Positions 37,794 through 47,551 are shown, counted from the stretch's first letter. The stretch: 64,000 nucleotides of DNA from an uncultured Gemmatimonadales bacterium (GCA_963809895.1 CAWELD010000003.1:992001-1056000), one strand, 5' to 3'. The notes: generated by a model from the sequence alone, not told the origin. Numbers and translations are program-made.

Positions 37794-38450
37794 GTGACGC
37801 TGGAAAACAAACTGCGGCCCCTGGTGGACCGCTTCGAGGAGTTCCTGGACGAGCCGATCCGGTTTCGCAGCCGGATCCTGCTGGCGCTGTTGGTGATTCC
37901 GCTCGTGCTCAGCTTCACGCAGCCGCTCTGGCGCATCAGCATGGAGGCGCCACAGTACCCACAGGGGCTGCACATGGACGTGTACGCCTACAAGCTGAGC
38001 GGCGGGCACGACGGGCACGACATCGCCGAGATCAACGAGCTCAACCACTACATCGGGATGCGCAGGATCGAGCGGGCCCAGTTCCAGGACCTGGACTGGA
38101 TCCCGTTCGCGCTCGGGCTCCTGACCATCCTCACGCTGAGGGCCGCCGCCATCGGCAAGGTGCGCTCGCTCATCGACCTGAGCGTGATGACGCTCTACAT
38201 CGGCGCGTTCTCCATGGCCCGCTTCGTCTACAAGCTCTGGGTGTTCGGCCACGACCTCGATCCGCGCGCGCCCGTGAACATCAAGCCCTTCATGCCAGTG
38301 GTGGTGGGCACGAAACAGGTCGCCAACTTCACTACCCACTCCTGGCCGAACTGGGGCACGGCGCTCATGTCGACCTTTGCGGTGGGCGTCCTGGGGATCG
38401 CGGTCTGGCACTGCTGGGTGGGCTACCGGGAGGCCTGGGTAAAACGGTAG
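37794..38450 (+). CDS. nosB: NosB-like membrane protein of clade II nos clusters
   Basis: 'LWRISMEAPQYPQGL', 'INELNHYIGM', 'FGHDLDP.AP', 'GTKQVANF'. Confidence 0.8.
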   Translation: MTLENKLRPLVDRFEEFLDEPIRFRSRILLALLVIPLVLSFTQPLWRISMEAPQYPQGLHMDVYAYKLSGGHDGHDIAEINELNHYIGMRRIERAQFQDLDWIPFALGLLTILTLRAAAIGKVRSLIDLSVMTLYIGAFSMARFVYKLWVFGHDLDPRAPVNIKPFMPVVVGTKQVANFTTHSWPNWGTALMSTFAVGVLGIAVWHCWVGYREAWVKR

Positions 38451-38499
38451 CCCGAGCCACCGAGGCAGGCGCCGGCAGGGTGACCCGAGCGCCGCTCGC

Positions 38500-39267
38500 C
38501 TACGTGCGCCAGGCTATGGAGGCCACCGCGTAGTGCAGCCAGGCGAAGTTGTACACGGATTCGACATCGGCGCCACCTTCCACCGTGCGGTAGCCCGCTC
38601 GGACCGACCACCGACGGCCCAGGTCGTAGCCCAGCTTCAGTGACGCGTCGATGGCACGCCCCGGCCCACCCGCGAGGCCGTCGGCGTCGAGGGAGAGGCG
38701 CCATCGCGTGCCGAAGCGCCGATCCCCCGCCAGATGGAGCAGAGGCACGAAGCCGACATCGTCCTTTCGACTGCGCGTGGAGCTCTGAGCCAAGGCGATC
38801 GACGCGTCCCGCACCTTGGCCGTGAATCCGACCCAGGCCGCCGATCGCTCGCTCGAATGGAAGCGCCACCGGTACGACGCGCGGTAGGAGTTGAAGGTAT
38901 AGGTGGCTTCGACCGGCACGCTTCCGACGTACCTCTGCCCCGCGAAATCGACCGGCCGGGACAGCGTACCGCGCTCCGTCACCGACAGGGGCGCGTACAG
39001 CAGGCGCACCTCGTGGCGTTCCGACAGGTGCCACGTCAGGTAGATCCGGCCGACCGCCCACGGGCCGGCGCCCACGAGGTCCGAGAGCGAGAACCGGGTG
39101 GCAGTGCCGTCGTTGGGGATCTCGACGTCGTTGCGGGTCTGCCAGGCCAGCCCACCCTCCACCTCGAGCGACAACGAGAACGTCTGAGCGGCGACCACCC
39201 CCGGAAGGAACGCCCACATCAGGCCCAGCCCCACGGCACCGCGGAAGCCGCTCAGCCATGCTCTCAC
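38500..39267 (-). CDS. Hypothetical exported, probable outer-membrane beta-barrel protein
   Basis: Signal peptide; alternating aromatic beta-strands; 'GYRTVEGGAD..YNFAW'. Confidence 0.6.
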   Translation of the reverse strand: MRAWLSGFRGAVGLGLMWAFLPGVVAAQTFSLSLEVEGGLAWQTRNDVEIPNDGTATRFSLSDLVGAGPWAVGRIYLTWHLSERHEVRLLYAPLSVTERGTLSRPVDFAGQRYVGSVPVEATYTFNSYRASYRWRFHSSERSAAWVGFTAKVRDASIALAQSSTRSRKDDVGFVPLLHLAGDRRFGTRWRLSLDADGLAGGPGRAIDASLKLGYDLGRRWSVRAGYRTVEGGADVESVYNFAWLHYAVASIAWRT

Positions 39268-39311
39268 AAGGGCCTCCGGTTCCTTCGCAAGTTATTCGGA
39301 CAACAAGATAA

Positions 39312-39385
<74 letters not shown>

Positions 39386-40252
39386 GGATGCTATGAACAC
39401 GTCTAGCGCAATTACCTCGATTCCTGGCACGATTTGAGCTGTAGAACTCCGTGCGCTGCTGGGGCGCATATCGGGCACAAGCGCTGGCCAGCTTCACTCC
39501 GAGTCCCTCTCGACCTCGTCCACGAGGTCCCGCGATCTGACCGTGTAGCCCTCGACCACGCAGATCCTGATGTCCGGACGCACGTTCATCGGCGGGAGCT
39601 GATCGGAAGCCCATCGTACAAAGGCACCCGGCTCAAGTCCATTGGAGACGGCGGCCGGAACTCCGAGCGTCAGACGGTACCTGCGTAGCGGCACGGGTCG
39701 GACCTCCCCGTCCTGAGGGTCCACAGGGTCCTGAAGGGGAACGCGAGGGAATCTCTCATACCTTCCCCCCGTCGGGAACCCCCAGTGGCCTATTCCACTG
39801 CTCGCGACCGACCCCATCTCCTACTGACGCGCATCTGCAAGAACCCGAGGACGGCGAGGTCGCCTCTCGTCGAAGGGCAATCCGAGGACTGTGGGTGGTG
39901 GTCGGTCACCTGTTTCCCCTGCCCGAGGACTGCGAAAGCTCCGCCTTCCGCGCCGCCAAGCGGGTGACCGATGGATGTCGCGACCAAGACACTGTGGCGA
40001 TCGGCGCAGACCGGCCTGAGCGGCTCGAGGGCCCTGCGATGTGGAGGGTGCGAGGGACTAGCCAACGGGCAGATCCCGAGCCTCGAATGACACGAGCCTG
40101 GCAAGGCCGCAAAGCCTTGCGGGCTCGTCTCAATCCAGAGCGGGCGACCGCGCTCAAACCTGCGACCCGCAGCATATGCTTGCGGGAATCCTGCCTCGGC
40201 AGTAGATAGCGGATAGGCTGGCCTATCCCACGGTGGCGGCAGCGCACCCATC

Positions 40253-40825
40253 ATGATCGTACCCCACGACGGCGACGTGGACCTCTTCGAGCAGTTCTAC
40301 CGGGACTGGTGGGAGAAGGTGAGGAGCACGGCGAGGACCTTGCTCGGGTCGGATGACGAGGCGCAGAATGCGGCACAACGCGTATTCGCACGCGTCTGGC
40401 GCACCGGTGCATGGAGGACCATCGAACGGCCTGGGGACTTCTTCCACAGGGCGGCCGTGAACGAGGCCTTGAGCATACAGCGGCGGCAGACGCGAGCCGA
40501 CAAGTTCAGCCGTCAACTCGCCAGGGTGGATCCTCTCGTTCCCGAGAGTCCCGACGCGCCGCTGATCCGTCACGAGCGACGCGCGATACTCGAACAGATG
40601 ATCGAGCGATTGCCCCACCGCTGTGGTATCATCTGCCGACTCGTGTACCTGCACGAGTTGACGCACAGCGAGGCGGCGCGCGCGCTGGGGATATCTGTAG
40701 GCGCCGTCGAGAAACAAGTGGCTCGGGCCCGCCGCAGCCTTCGGAGCCTGGCCGGAGAACCGCGTGATGCTGTGTCACCTATTGAGGTCGGGGGGGGGGG
40801 TGGAGGGGGTTCGCACGTCTCATAG
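40253..40825 (+). CDS. ECF (sigma-70 group 4) sigma factor
   Basis: Region 2 'FEQFY...AQNAAQRVFARVW'; region 4 'LP.RC..I..L...ELTHSEAARALGISVGAVEKQVARA'. Confidence 0.85.
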   Translation: MIVPHDGDVDLFEQFYRDWWEKVRSTARTLLGSDDEAQNAAQRVFARVWRTGAWRTIERPGDFFHRAAVNEALSIQRRQTRADKFSRQLARVDPLVPESPDAPLIRHERRAILEQMIERLPHRCGIICRLVYLHELTHSEAARALGISVGAVEKQVARARRSLRSLAGEPRDAVSPIEVGGGGGGGSHVS

Positions 40826-40925
40826 GGTGAACTGCGGATCACGAATGTGTCCGCGCTTGGCCCCCATGGAGAGCGTGTGGGATCGTGGGGCGCCACCACC
40901 CTGTCCCTGTCGATGGAGGGATCCG

Positions 40926-41171
40926 ATGAACATCCTCAAGTCCGCTCGTGTGAGACTTCTCCTCGTCGCGAACGCGATCGCCTTTGCGTTCATGTTCGCC
41001 AGCGCCGCATCAGTGCGAGCCGACGGCGAAGGATGGGAGACCTTCTGTCCGCCGACGGTCGAGGGGTGCGACTGTGGCCCGGAGATACCCTTCTCCCCGG
41101 CTGGCTGTTACGACAACGGTGGGGATATCATCCTCTGCTCGTCGAACGCGTACTGCACCAACCCTGAATAG
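40926..41171 (+). CDS. Secreted small Cys-rich peptide (81 aa precursor, 6 Cys in mature part)
   Basis: GGAGGG RBS 5 nt before ATG; Sec signal ending 'SVRA'; mature 'DGEGWETFCPPTVEGCDCGPEIPFSPAGCYDNGGDIILCSSNAYCTNPE'. Confidence 0.75.
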   Translation: MNILKSARVRLLLVANAIAFAFMFASAASVRADGEGWETFCPPTVEGCDCGPEIPFSPAGCYDNGGDIILCSSNAYCTNPE

Positions 41172-41340
41172 CCGAGGAACGCGTGGCACCCCGCGAGAGT
41201 GGGGTGCCACGCACGGCAACCCGCCCATCTTCGCGCGGCGGGGAAGCGCGCGACCAGTCACCAGCCCCCGGTGTCCGATCGGCTCTGGCAAGTCCGAAGA
41301 GCACGTTGGACTCCGCAGTCGCTATCGGAGGCCATGCCCA

Positions 41341-42567
41341 ATGCCCGTCTCGAAATGCACCGTCTCGCTCGCGCTGCTGGGCTGTCTGGCCGGTGGCGTC
41401 ATGGGCGGGTGTGCGGACGTCGACCCACCGTCCGCGGCCATCGTGACAACAGACACGATCAACCGTGTCGTTCACGTGGCCAACCACGGGAGCGGGGCAT
41501 GGACTCCTGAGACGGCCTGGCGGGTGCGCGAGGTCTTCCGCCTGGGTGGCAGAGCGGAGCCGGCTGAACAGCTCTTCACGAGCCAACTCCTGGGCGCGGG
41601 TATCGGTCCTCGCGGAGATGTCTACGTGCTCGACCATCTGGCCGGCTTCATCTCGGTCTTTGGGGTAGATGGTCGGCTGATTCGAACCATCGGGCGGCGC
41701 GGCAGGGGGCCCTCCGACCTGGCCGCACCTACGGGTTTCACGTGGAGTGACGACGGGCATCTGTGGGTGTCCGATCCCGGAAACCGGAAGTACGCCGTGT
41801 TCGACACCACGGGAGCCCTGGTCGGCACCCACCTGCGCTCGGTTCAGGGATATCCCAGACGCCAGTACCCGTTGGTGTACGATTCGCAGGTTGGAATCAT
41901 CGATGAGGCTGCCTGGAGGGGGAGCCTGGTCCTCCTCCGGACCACCGTCGACGGGGAAGTCCACGACACGCTGATGATCATCGACCGCACCGGAAGCCCG
42001 TCTCAGGCGATGATGGATGCCTATGCACGGCTTCGCGGCCGTCCCGGGCCAGAGCTTGCGCGGGTAAATCAGTTCTACTCAAACCGAATGAAATGGGCGC
42101 TCGACCCCTCTGGAGGAATCTGGACAGGCTCACCAGCGGAACTCCGCTTCGTCAAGCGTGGCTGGAATGGTGACACGCTTCTGGTGGTCACGGCGGACCA
42201 TCGAGACGCAGAGCTCACGCCCGAAGATGAGCAGTTGATCTCGACTGCCATGCGCCAGGGCGACCTCACTCGTGACGAGATCAATCCGATCCGCCCACTC
42301 TTTCAGGCACTTCACGTGATCGAAGGCGGCTATCTGCTCGTGCAATTGGTGGATACGCCTGGCGTCGCTTCGCCTCGTTTTGACGTCTACGATCCGGCGG
42401 GCCGCTACCTTGGCGAATTGGACCTCGGATTCGCCCCCGACCGTTTGGGGACTCTGGGGGGTCGCGGCGACCTGATCGTCGCGCCGATGCTCGGAGACCT
42501 TGATGTGCCCTACGTCGTGGGCGTCGAAGTGATCCGTCCTTCTGCGGGGGCGTCCGGTCGCCCATGA
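41341..42567 (+). CDS. 6-bladed beta-propeller (NHL-like) lipoprotein
   Basis: Signal ending 'MGGC'; 'GRRGRGPSDL..P', 'FDVYDPAGRYLGEL'. Confidence 0.78.
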   Translation: MPVSKCTVSLALLGCLAGGVMGGCADVDPPSAAIVTTDTINRVVHVANHGSGAWTPETAWRVREVFRLGGRAEPAEQLFTSQLLGAGIGPRGDVYVLDHLAGFISVFGVDGRLIRTIGRRGRGPSDLAAPTGFTWSDDGHLWVSDPGNRKYAVFDTTGALVGTHLRSVQGYPRRQYPLVYDSQVGIIDEAAWRGSLVLLRTTVDGEVHDTLMIIDRTGSPSQAMMDAYARLRGRPGPELARVNQFYSNRMKWALDPSGGIWTGSPAELRFVKRGWNGDTLLVVTADHRDAELTPEDEQLISTAMRQGDLTRDEINPIRPLFQALHVIEGGYLLVQLVDTPGVASPRFDVYDPAGRYLGELDLGFAPDRLGTLGGRGDLIVAPMLGDLDVPYVVGVEVIRPSAGASGRP

Positions 42568-43229
42568 CTCACTCCACGAGGAGCCACCGCAACTGGACCG
42601 AACGGCTTACCACTGTTCTTCTGGGCGTCAGCCTCGTCGCGGTCGTAGCCGTGTGGGTCGCCCGCCGGCCGGTGCGACCGCGGGTCATCCCGCCGATGGC
42701 CGTGTACAGTTCTGCCGTTTCCGATAGCGTCTGGGACGCGCTTGTCCAAGGCGGCCATACGACTGGAGATCGGGATGCGAGCGACACCTTGGTCGTCTTC
42801 TCCGACTACGAATGTCCGATCTGCAGGGCGGTAGCTCCGCGGCTCGACAGCCTACTGCTTCTACGGCCTCACCTCGCCGTCCTGCATCGCCACTTTCCCC
42901 TTCCAACCCATCCTCATGCGTTCGAGGAAGCACTCGCTGTTGAGTGTGCCGGTCGATTGGGCAAGCTCGCTGAAGGCCAGAAGGCCATGTACGCCAGGGG
43001 CGGCACTGCGGTAGATCCGACGGATGTGGCCAGGCAGTTGGGGATTGCGTGGGCTAGCTTCGACGAGTGCTGGCAAGGGGCGGACGCGCGCTCAGCTGTG
43101 GAGGCTGACTTTGCTCTCGCCATCGACCTGGCGCTGCCCGGCACCCCAAGCGTCTTCTTCTCGGGGCAGCGCTGGAGTCACTTCCCGGATCTTCAGCAGC
43201 TCCTCCAGTTGACCGAACCGGCAGGATGA
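42564..43229 (+). CDS. Membrane-anchored DsbA/thioredoxin-like oxidoreductase
   Basis: 'FSDYECPIC', 'RHFPL', cis-Pro 'GTPS'; N-terminal TM; ATGA overlap with the propeller gene. Confidence 0.88.
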   Translation: MTHSTRSHRNWTERLTTVLLGVSLVAVVAVWVARRPVRPRVIPPMAVYSSAVSDSVWDALVQGGHTTGDRDASDTLVVFSDYECPICRAVAPRLDSLLLLRPHLAVLHRHFPLPTHPHAFEEALAVECAGRLGKLAEGQKAMYARGGTAVDPTDVARQLGIAWASFDECWQGADARSAVEADFALAIDLALPGTPSVFFSGQRWSHFPDLQQLLQLTEPAG

Positions 43230-43470
43230 GGGCAAGCGGGCTCGAGAGGATCCGCCGGCGCTCGCGTTGCGTGCTCTCCGCCGCCACGCAGGACCTCCTC
43301 GGCCAGGCTGAGGGCCGGGTGGCTTCCGAGCTTCTGGCGCCGGTGCGTGGGGGCACCGAATCTGTCGCAAGTTGTGAAACCGAACGAAACGCCCCGGAAC
43401 GACAATAGCCCCGGGACGTGGCTTGTTGCAGCGATGTCTTGGGATGTGGCGGAACGCCGGCGCCTCAGGC

Positions 43471-44106
43471 CTACAGCACCCACTTCACCACCAGGAATCC
43501 CAACACGAGCAGGATCCCGAAGGCGATGCTCAGCAGGTTGAACCAGCGATCGATGAAGGCCGCGATGGGCTTGCCGTAGCGGTGAATGAGCCCGGCCACG
43601 ACGAAGAAGCGCAGACCGCGGCTCACGATGCTCGCCACGAAGAACACCGGAAAGGAGATGGCGAACACGCCCGACGACAGCGTGAACACCTTGTACGGGA
43701 TCGGGGTGAGCCCGGCCAGGAAGACGGCCCAGAAATCGTACTTCGTGTAGAGGCTACCCACCGTGGCGAACGACTCCGGTGTCACGCCGGGCACATGGGC
43801 GAAGAACCATTCGCCCACGACGCTCCAGGCGCCCGCCCCGAGCCAGTAGCCCACGATGCCGCCCAGCACCGACGCGCCCGTGGCCACCGCGGCGAAACGG
43901 AACGACCGCTTGGGCTTGCCCAGGCACAGGGCCATGAGAAGCGGATCGGGCGGGATGGGAAAGACCGACGACTCGGCCACCGACAGCAGGAAGAGCGCCG
44001 GCGCTCCGTAGGGTGTATCGGCCCAGTGCAGGACCCAGTCGTAGAGCCGCCTCAGGAACCCTGGCCTGCGCTCCCGGGCGTGGGTGGTGGCCGCGGCGTC
44101 GGTCAC
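43471..44106 (-). CDS. DedA/YqaA family membrane protein
   Basis: 'AESSVFPIPPD', 'TPIPYK', 'RGLRF'. Confidence 0.9.
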   Translation of the reverse strand: MTDAAATTHARERRPGFLRRLYDWVLHWADTPYGAPALFLLSVAESSVFPIPPDPLLMALCLGKPKRSFRFAAVATGASVLGGIVGYWLGAGAWSVVGEWFFAHVPGVTPESFATVGSLYTKYDFWAVFLAGLTPIPYKVFTLSSGVFAISFPVFFVASIVSRGLRFFVVAGLIHRYGKPIAAFIDRWFNLLSIAFGILLVLGFLVVKWVL

Positions 44107-44783
44107 TCGCCGGGCTCCGGATGGAACGCGAATCGCCCCAGCAGGGGCACGAAGCGGCACTCGCCCTCGAGGGGCTCCTCGGTGACGATGCCCTCCTGCT
44201 TGCGCGCCAGGATCAGCTCCTGCCGCTCGCGGGTGCCCACGGGGATGAGGAGTCGCCCGCCCTCGGCGAGCTGATCGGTGAGCGCCGGTGGAATCGACGG
44301 CGACGCGGCGGACACCACGATGACATCGAAGGGCGCGTACTTGCGCCAGCCGATGGTCCCGTCCCCCACCATGAGCGCGGCGTTGCGGATCTCCAACTCG
44401 TCCAGCGCCTTGCGAGCGCGGGCCGACAGCTCGCGCACCCGCTCCACCGAGTACACGCGGTCGGCGGTGCGAGCGAGCAGCGCGGTCAGGAACCCGCTCC
44501 CGGTTCCGATCTCCAGCACCTTCTCGTCACGCTGGGGCTCGAGCACCGAGAGGTAGTACGCCTGCAGCGAGGGCTGCGACGCGGTCTGGCCGAAGCCGAT
44601 GGGCACGGGCGCGTCCTCGTACGCCCGGGGCCAGACGCCCTCGGGCAGGAAGAGGTGGCGCGGCACCTCGTCGAAGAGGCGCAGGATCTCGAGATCGTCG
44701 ATCCCCCGCTCGCGGATTTCCTCGATGAGCCGGCGGCGCTGGCCCACGAAGCGGTTGCCTCCGGGAATGTCCAGCGGCGTCAT
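44103..44783 (-). CDS. pcm: Protein-L-isoaspartate O-methyltransferase
   Basis: 'VPRHLF', 'AYED', 'GQTASQP', 'VLEIGTGSG', 'APFD'. Confidence 0.95.
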   Translation of the reverse strand: MTPLDIPGGNRFVGQRRRLIEEIRERGIDDLEILRLFDEVPRHLFLPEGVWPRAYEDAPVPIGFGQTASQPSLQAYYLSVLEPQRDEKVLEIGTGSGFLTALLARTADRVYSVERVRELSARARKALDELEIRNAALMVGDGTIGWRKYAPFDVIVVSAASPSIPPALTDQLAEGGRLLIPVGTRERQELILARKQEGIVTEEPLEGECRFVPLLGRFAFHPEPGE

Positions 44784-45532
44784 CCGAGGTCCAGCCCCCA
44801 GCCACGGATGCTCTCCATGAGCTGGTAGTTGGTGAGATCCAGATGCAGCGGGGTCACCGAGATGAAGCCCTCTTCCACAGCGCGGAAATCCGAGTCCGAG
44901 GGGCCGCTCCACGCCGTCGAGCCGCCGCCGATCCAGAAGTACTCGCGTCCCGAGGGATCCTTGGCCCGGGTCAACGAATCCCGATACCGCCGCCGACCCA
45001 GCGAAGTCACGCGCACCCCCTTCACGTCGCCCGCCGGCACCGCCGGCAGGTTCACGCTCAACAGCGTGTTCTCGGGGAATTCCCCCTGGTCCAGGAGCGA
45101 GCGCAGGAGGCTGGTGATCACCGGCTCCCAGCCCTCCAGCTCTTCGTGGTGATCCCCGGTGTAGGACAGGGCGATGGAGGGAATCCCCAGGACCGTGGCC
45201 TCCATGGCCGCGGCCACCGTGCCCGAATAGAGCACGTCCTCGCCCATGTTGGATCCATGGTTGATGCCCGACAGCACCACGTCGGGCCGGCCGTCGAGAA
45301 GCTCGCCCAGCGCCAGGATCACGCAGTCAGTGGGGGTGCCGTCGACGAACATGGTGCCGTCGGCGGCACGGCGCGCGCGTAGCGGATGATGCAGCGTCAG
45401 GGAATGACTCGTGGCGCTCTGTTCCCGGTCCGGCGCCACGATGGTCACGTCGCCCAGCTCGCGAGCCGCGCGCGCCAGCACGCTCAGCCCCTGGGCCAGG
45501 TAGCCGTCGTCGTTGGTACAGAGGATCTGCAT
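44780..45532 (-). CDS. surE: 5'/3'-nucleotidase SurE
   Basis: 'TNDDG', 'GTPTDCV', 'SGINHG.N', 'YSGTVAAA', 'SVTPL'. Confidence 0.96.
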   Translation of the reverse strand: MQILCTNDDGYLAQGLSVLARAARELGDVTIVAPDREQSATSHSLTLHHPLRARRAADGTMFVDGTPTDCVILALGELLDGRPDVVLSGINHGSNMGEDVLYSGTVAAAMEATVLGIPSIALSYTGDHHEELEGWEPVITSLLRSLLDQGEFPENTLLSVNLPAVPAGDVKGVRVTSLGRRRYRDSLTRAKDPSGREYFWIGGGSTAWSGPSDSDFRAVEEGFISVTPLHLDLTNYQLMESIRGWGLDLG

Positions 45533-45540
45533 GGGTGCGG

Positions 45541-45948
45541 CTAGTCGTCGTCTTCGGCGGGGGGCACGGTCAGCAGCTCCATGAGGGACTGCAATTCCGA
45601 CTTCATGGTGGCCAGGAACTCGGGCTCCAGCACCACCTGGCGCTCCTCTTCCAGGTCCCCCTCGCGGCGCAGGTCCAGGAGCCGCTGACGGGCGCCCTCG
45701 ATGGTGAATTTCTCGTCGTAGAGCAGGTGCTTCACCAGCAGCACGACCTCGATGTCCTTGGGTCGATACACCCGGTTGCCCGCCCGGTTCTTGTTGGGGT
45801 GCAGGACCTCGAACTGGGTCTCCCAGTAGCGCAGGACGTGAGGCTTGAGGCCCGTGAGATCGCACACCTCGCCGATGGAGTAGTAGGCCTTGCGTGCGAT
45901 GGGCTCAGCCAGGCCCGCGTCGTCCAGATCCATCTGCGTCATGACCAT
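45541..45948 (-). CDS. MerR family transcriptional regulator
   Basis: 'YSIGEV', 'HVLRYWETQF', 'FTIEGAR'. Confidence 0.9.
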   Translation of the reverse strand: MVMTQMDLDDAGLAEPIARKAYYSIGEVCDLTGLKPHVLRYWETQFEVLHPNKNRAGNRVYRPKDIEVVLLVKHLLYDEKFTIEGARQRLLDLRREGDLEEERQVVLEPEFLATMKSELQSLMELLTVPPAEDDD

Positions 45949-46949
45949 TCCTCCGGCTTGGGCTCCCGGGACATCAGGTTCTCCAGCGCCTCTCTGGGCC
46001 GTCGGCCCTCCGACAGCATGGCGTGGACCTCCGCGGTGATGGGCATCTCCACTCCGTGGCGGGCGGCGAGCTCGCGCACCGCCTGGGTCGTCTTCACGCC
46101 TTCGGCCACGGCCCGCATGTCGTGCAGGATCTCGTCCAGCGTCTCACCCTGGCCCAGCCGAAATCCCACGGTACGGTTGCGGCTCAATTCGCCGGTGCAG
46201 GTGAGCACCAGGTCGCCCATGCCCGCCAGCCCCGAGAAGGTCTCCCTGCGGGCGCCCATGGCGATGCCCAGACGGGTGATCTCCGCCAGGCCCCGTGTGA
46301 TGAGCGCAGCCCGGGTATTGTGGCCGAAGCCCAGGCCCGCCGCCACACCGGCGGCCAACGCGATCACGTTCTTGAGGGCTCCCCCCAGCTCCACGCCGAT
46401 CACGTCGGGGTTCGTGTAGACCCGGAAGAAGCGGTTCTGGAAGGCCGCTTGCACCTGACGGGCCGCGTCCGGATCGTGGCTGGCGGCCACCACGGCGGTG
46501 GGCAGCTCGCGCGCCACCTCCACGGCGAAGCTCGGCCCCGAGATGACGCTGAAGCGCGCCATCTGGTCCGGCGACAGGAACTCCTCCATGACCTGATCCA
46601 TGCGGCGGAGCGACCGGATCTCGATCCCCTTCGATGCGCTCAGCACCAGGGCGTCGTCACGCACATGGGGCATGGCCCGGGCCGCCACGTCGGCCACGAA
46701 CTGGGCCGGCACCACGGACACCACCAGCTCGGCGGGCGCCACGGCCTCGGCGAGATCGTCGGTAGCGTGCAGGTCCGGCAGGTCCACGTCGGGCAGATAG
46801 ATGTCGTTGCGGTGACGCGCGAGCACCGAGCGCACCACCTCCGCCTCCAATGCCCACAGCGTGACCTCGTGGCCGTTCTTGGCCAGGACGCTGGCCAGGG
46901 CCGTCCCCCAGCTTCCCGCTCCCACCACCGCCGTACGCATGCCGCTCAC
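45939..46949 (-). CDS. gpsA: NAD(P)H-dependent glycerol-3-phosphate dehydrogenase
   Basis: 'GAGSWGTALA', 'SKGIE', 'GPSFA', 'GALKN', 'GDLVLTC...SRN'. Confidence 0.96.
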   Translation of the reverse strand: MSGMRTAVVGAGSWGTALASVLAKNGHEVTLWALEAEVVRSVLARHRNDIYLPDVDLPDLHATDDLAEAVAPAELVVSVVPAQFVADVAARAMPHVRDDALVLSASKGIEIRSLRRMDQVMEEFLSPDQMARFSVISGPSFAVEVARELPTAVVAASHDPDAARQVQAAFQNRFFRVYTNPDVIGVELGGALKNVIALAAGVAAGLGFGHNTRAALITRGLAEITRLGIAMGARRETFSGLAGMGDLVLTCTGELSRNRTVGFRLGQGETLDEILHDMRAVAEGVKTTQAVRELAARHGVEMPITAEVHAMLSEGRRPREALENLMSREPKPEEWS

Positions 46950-47551
46950 GAGCTCGCCCTCCCGAATCGATTCTCCTCACCCCGCAGCAGACGTCTCACG
47001 TTGGCCCGGTGCGCCCAGACCACGAACAGCGCCAGCGCCACGGTGAACCAGATCAGCGCCCGCCCTCCCGCGTGGGGCGTGAAGATCACCGCCACCGGCA
47101 GTGCCACGGCCGCCGCGATGGAGCCCAGCGACACGATGCGCGTCGTGAGCACCAGCGCGACGAAGACCACGAATCCCACCAGCACGGCCCACGGCGCCAG
47201 CGCCAGGAAGACCCCGGCGCTCGTGGCCACGCCCTTGCCTCCCCGGAAGCGAACCCACACGGAGAACACGTGGCCGACGATGGCTGCGGTCCCGAAGGCC
47301 AGGGTCCATCCGAAGGTCGGCTTCACCAGGAGCGAGGCGAACAGCCAGGTGGGCAACCACCCTTTGAACACGTCGAAGAGCATGACGGGCAGCGCCGCCT
47401 TCCAGCCCAGCTCCCGGAAGGTGTTGGTGGCGCCCAGGTTGCCGCTCCCGCGGGTCCTCAGATCGACCCCGTAGACCCCCCTCCCCACCAGGTAGCTCGT
47501 GGGCACGGCGCCCAGGAGATACGACACGGCCAGGAGGAGGACCGGGTTCAC
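46946..47551 (-). CDS. plsY: Glycerol-3-phosphate acyltransferase PlsY
   Basis: 'GSGNLGATN', 'DVFKG', 'GH.FS', 'GGKGVAT', 'HRANV.RL..GEE'. Confidence 0.95.
   Translation of the reverse strand: MNPVLLLAVSYLLGAVPTSYLVGRGVYGVDLRTRGSGNLGATNTFRELGWKAALPVMLFDVFKGWLPTWLFASLLVKPTFGWTLAFGTAAIVGHVFSVWVRFRGGKGVATSAGVFLALAPWAVLVGFVVFVALVLTTRIVSLGSIAAAVALPVAVIFTPHAGGRALIWFTVALALFVVWAHRANVRRLLRGEENRFGRASS

Noticed and set aside
39400..40250. Genes in the atypical region between tRNA-Arg and the ECF sigma (e.g. 39494-39817 -)
   Set aside because: Several short overlapping ORFs without clear RBS or recognisable motifs; cannot choose one
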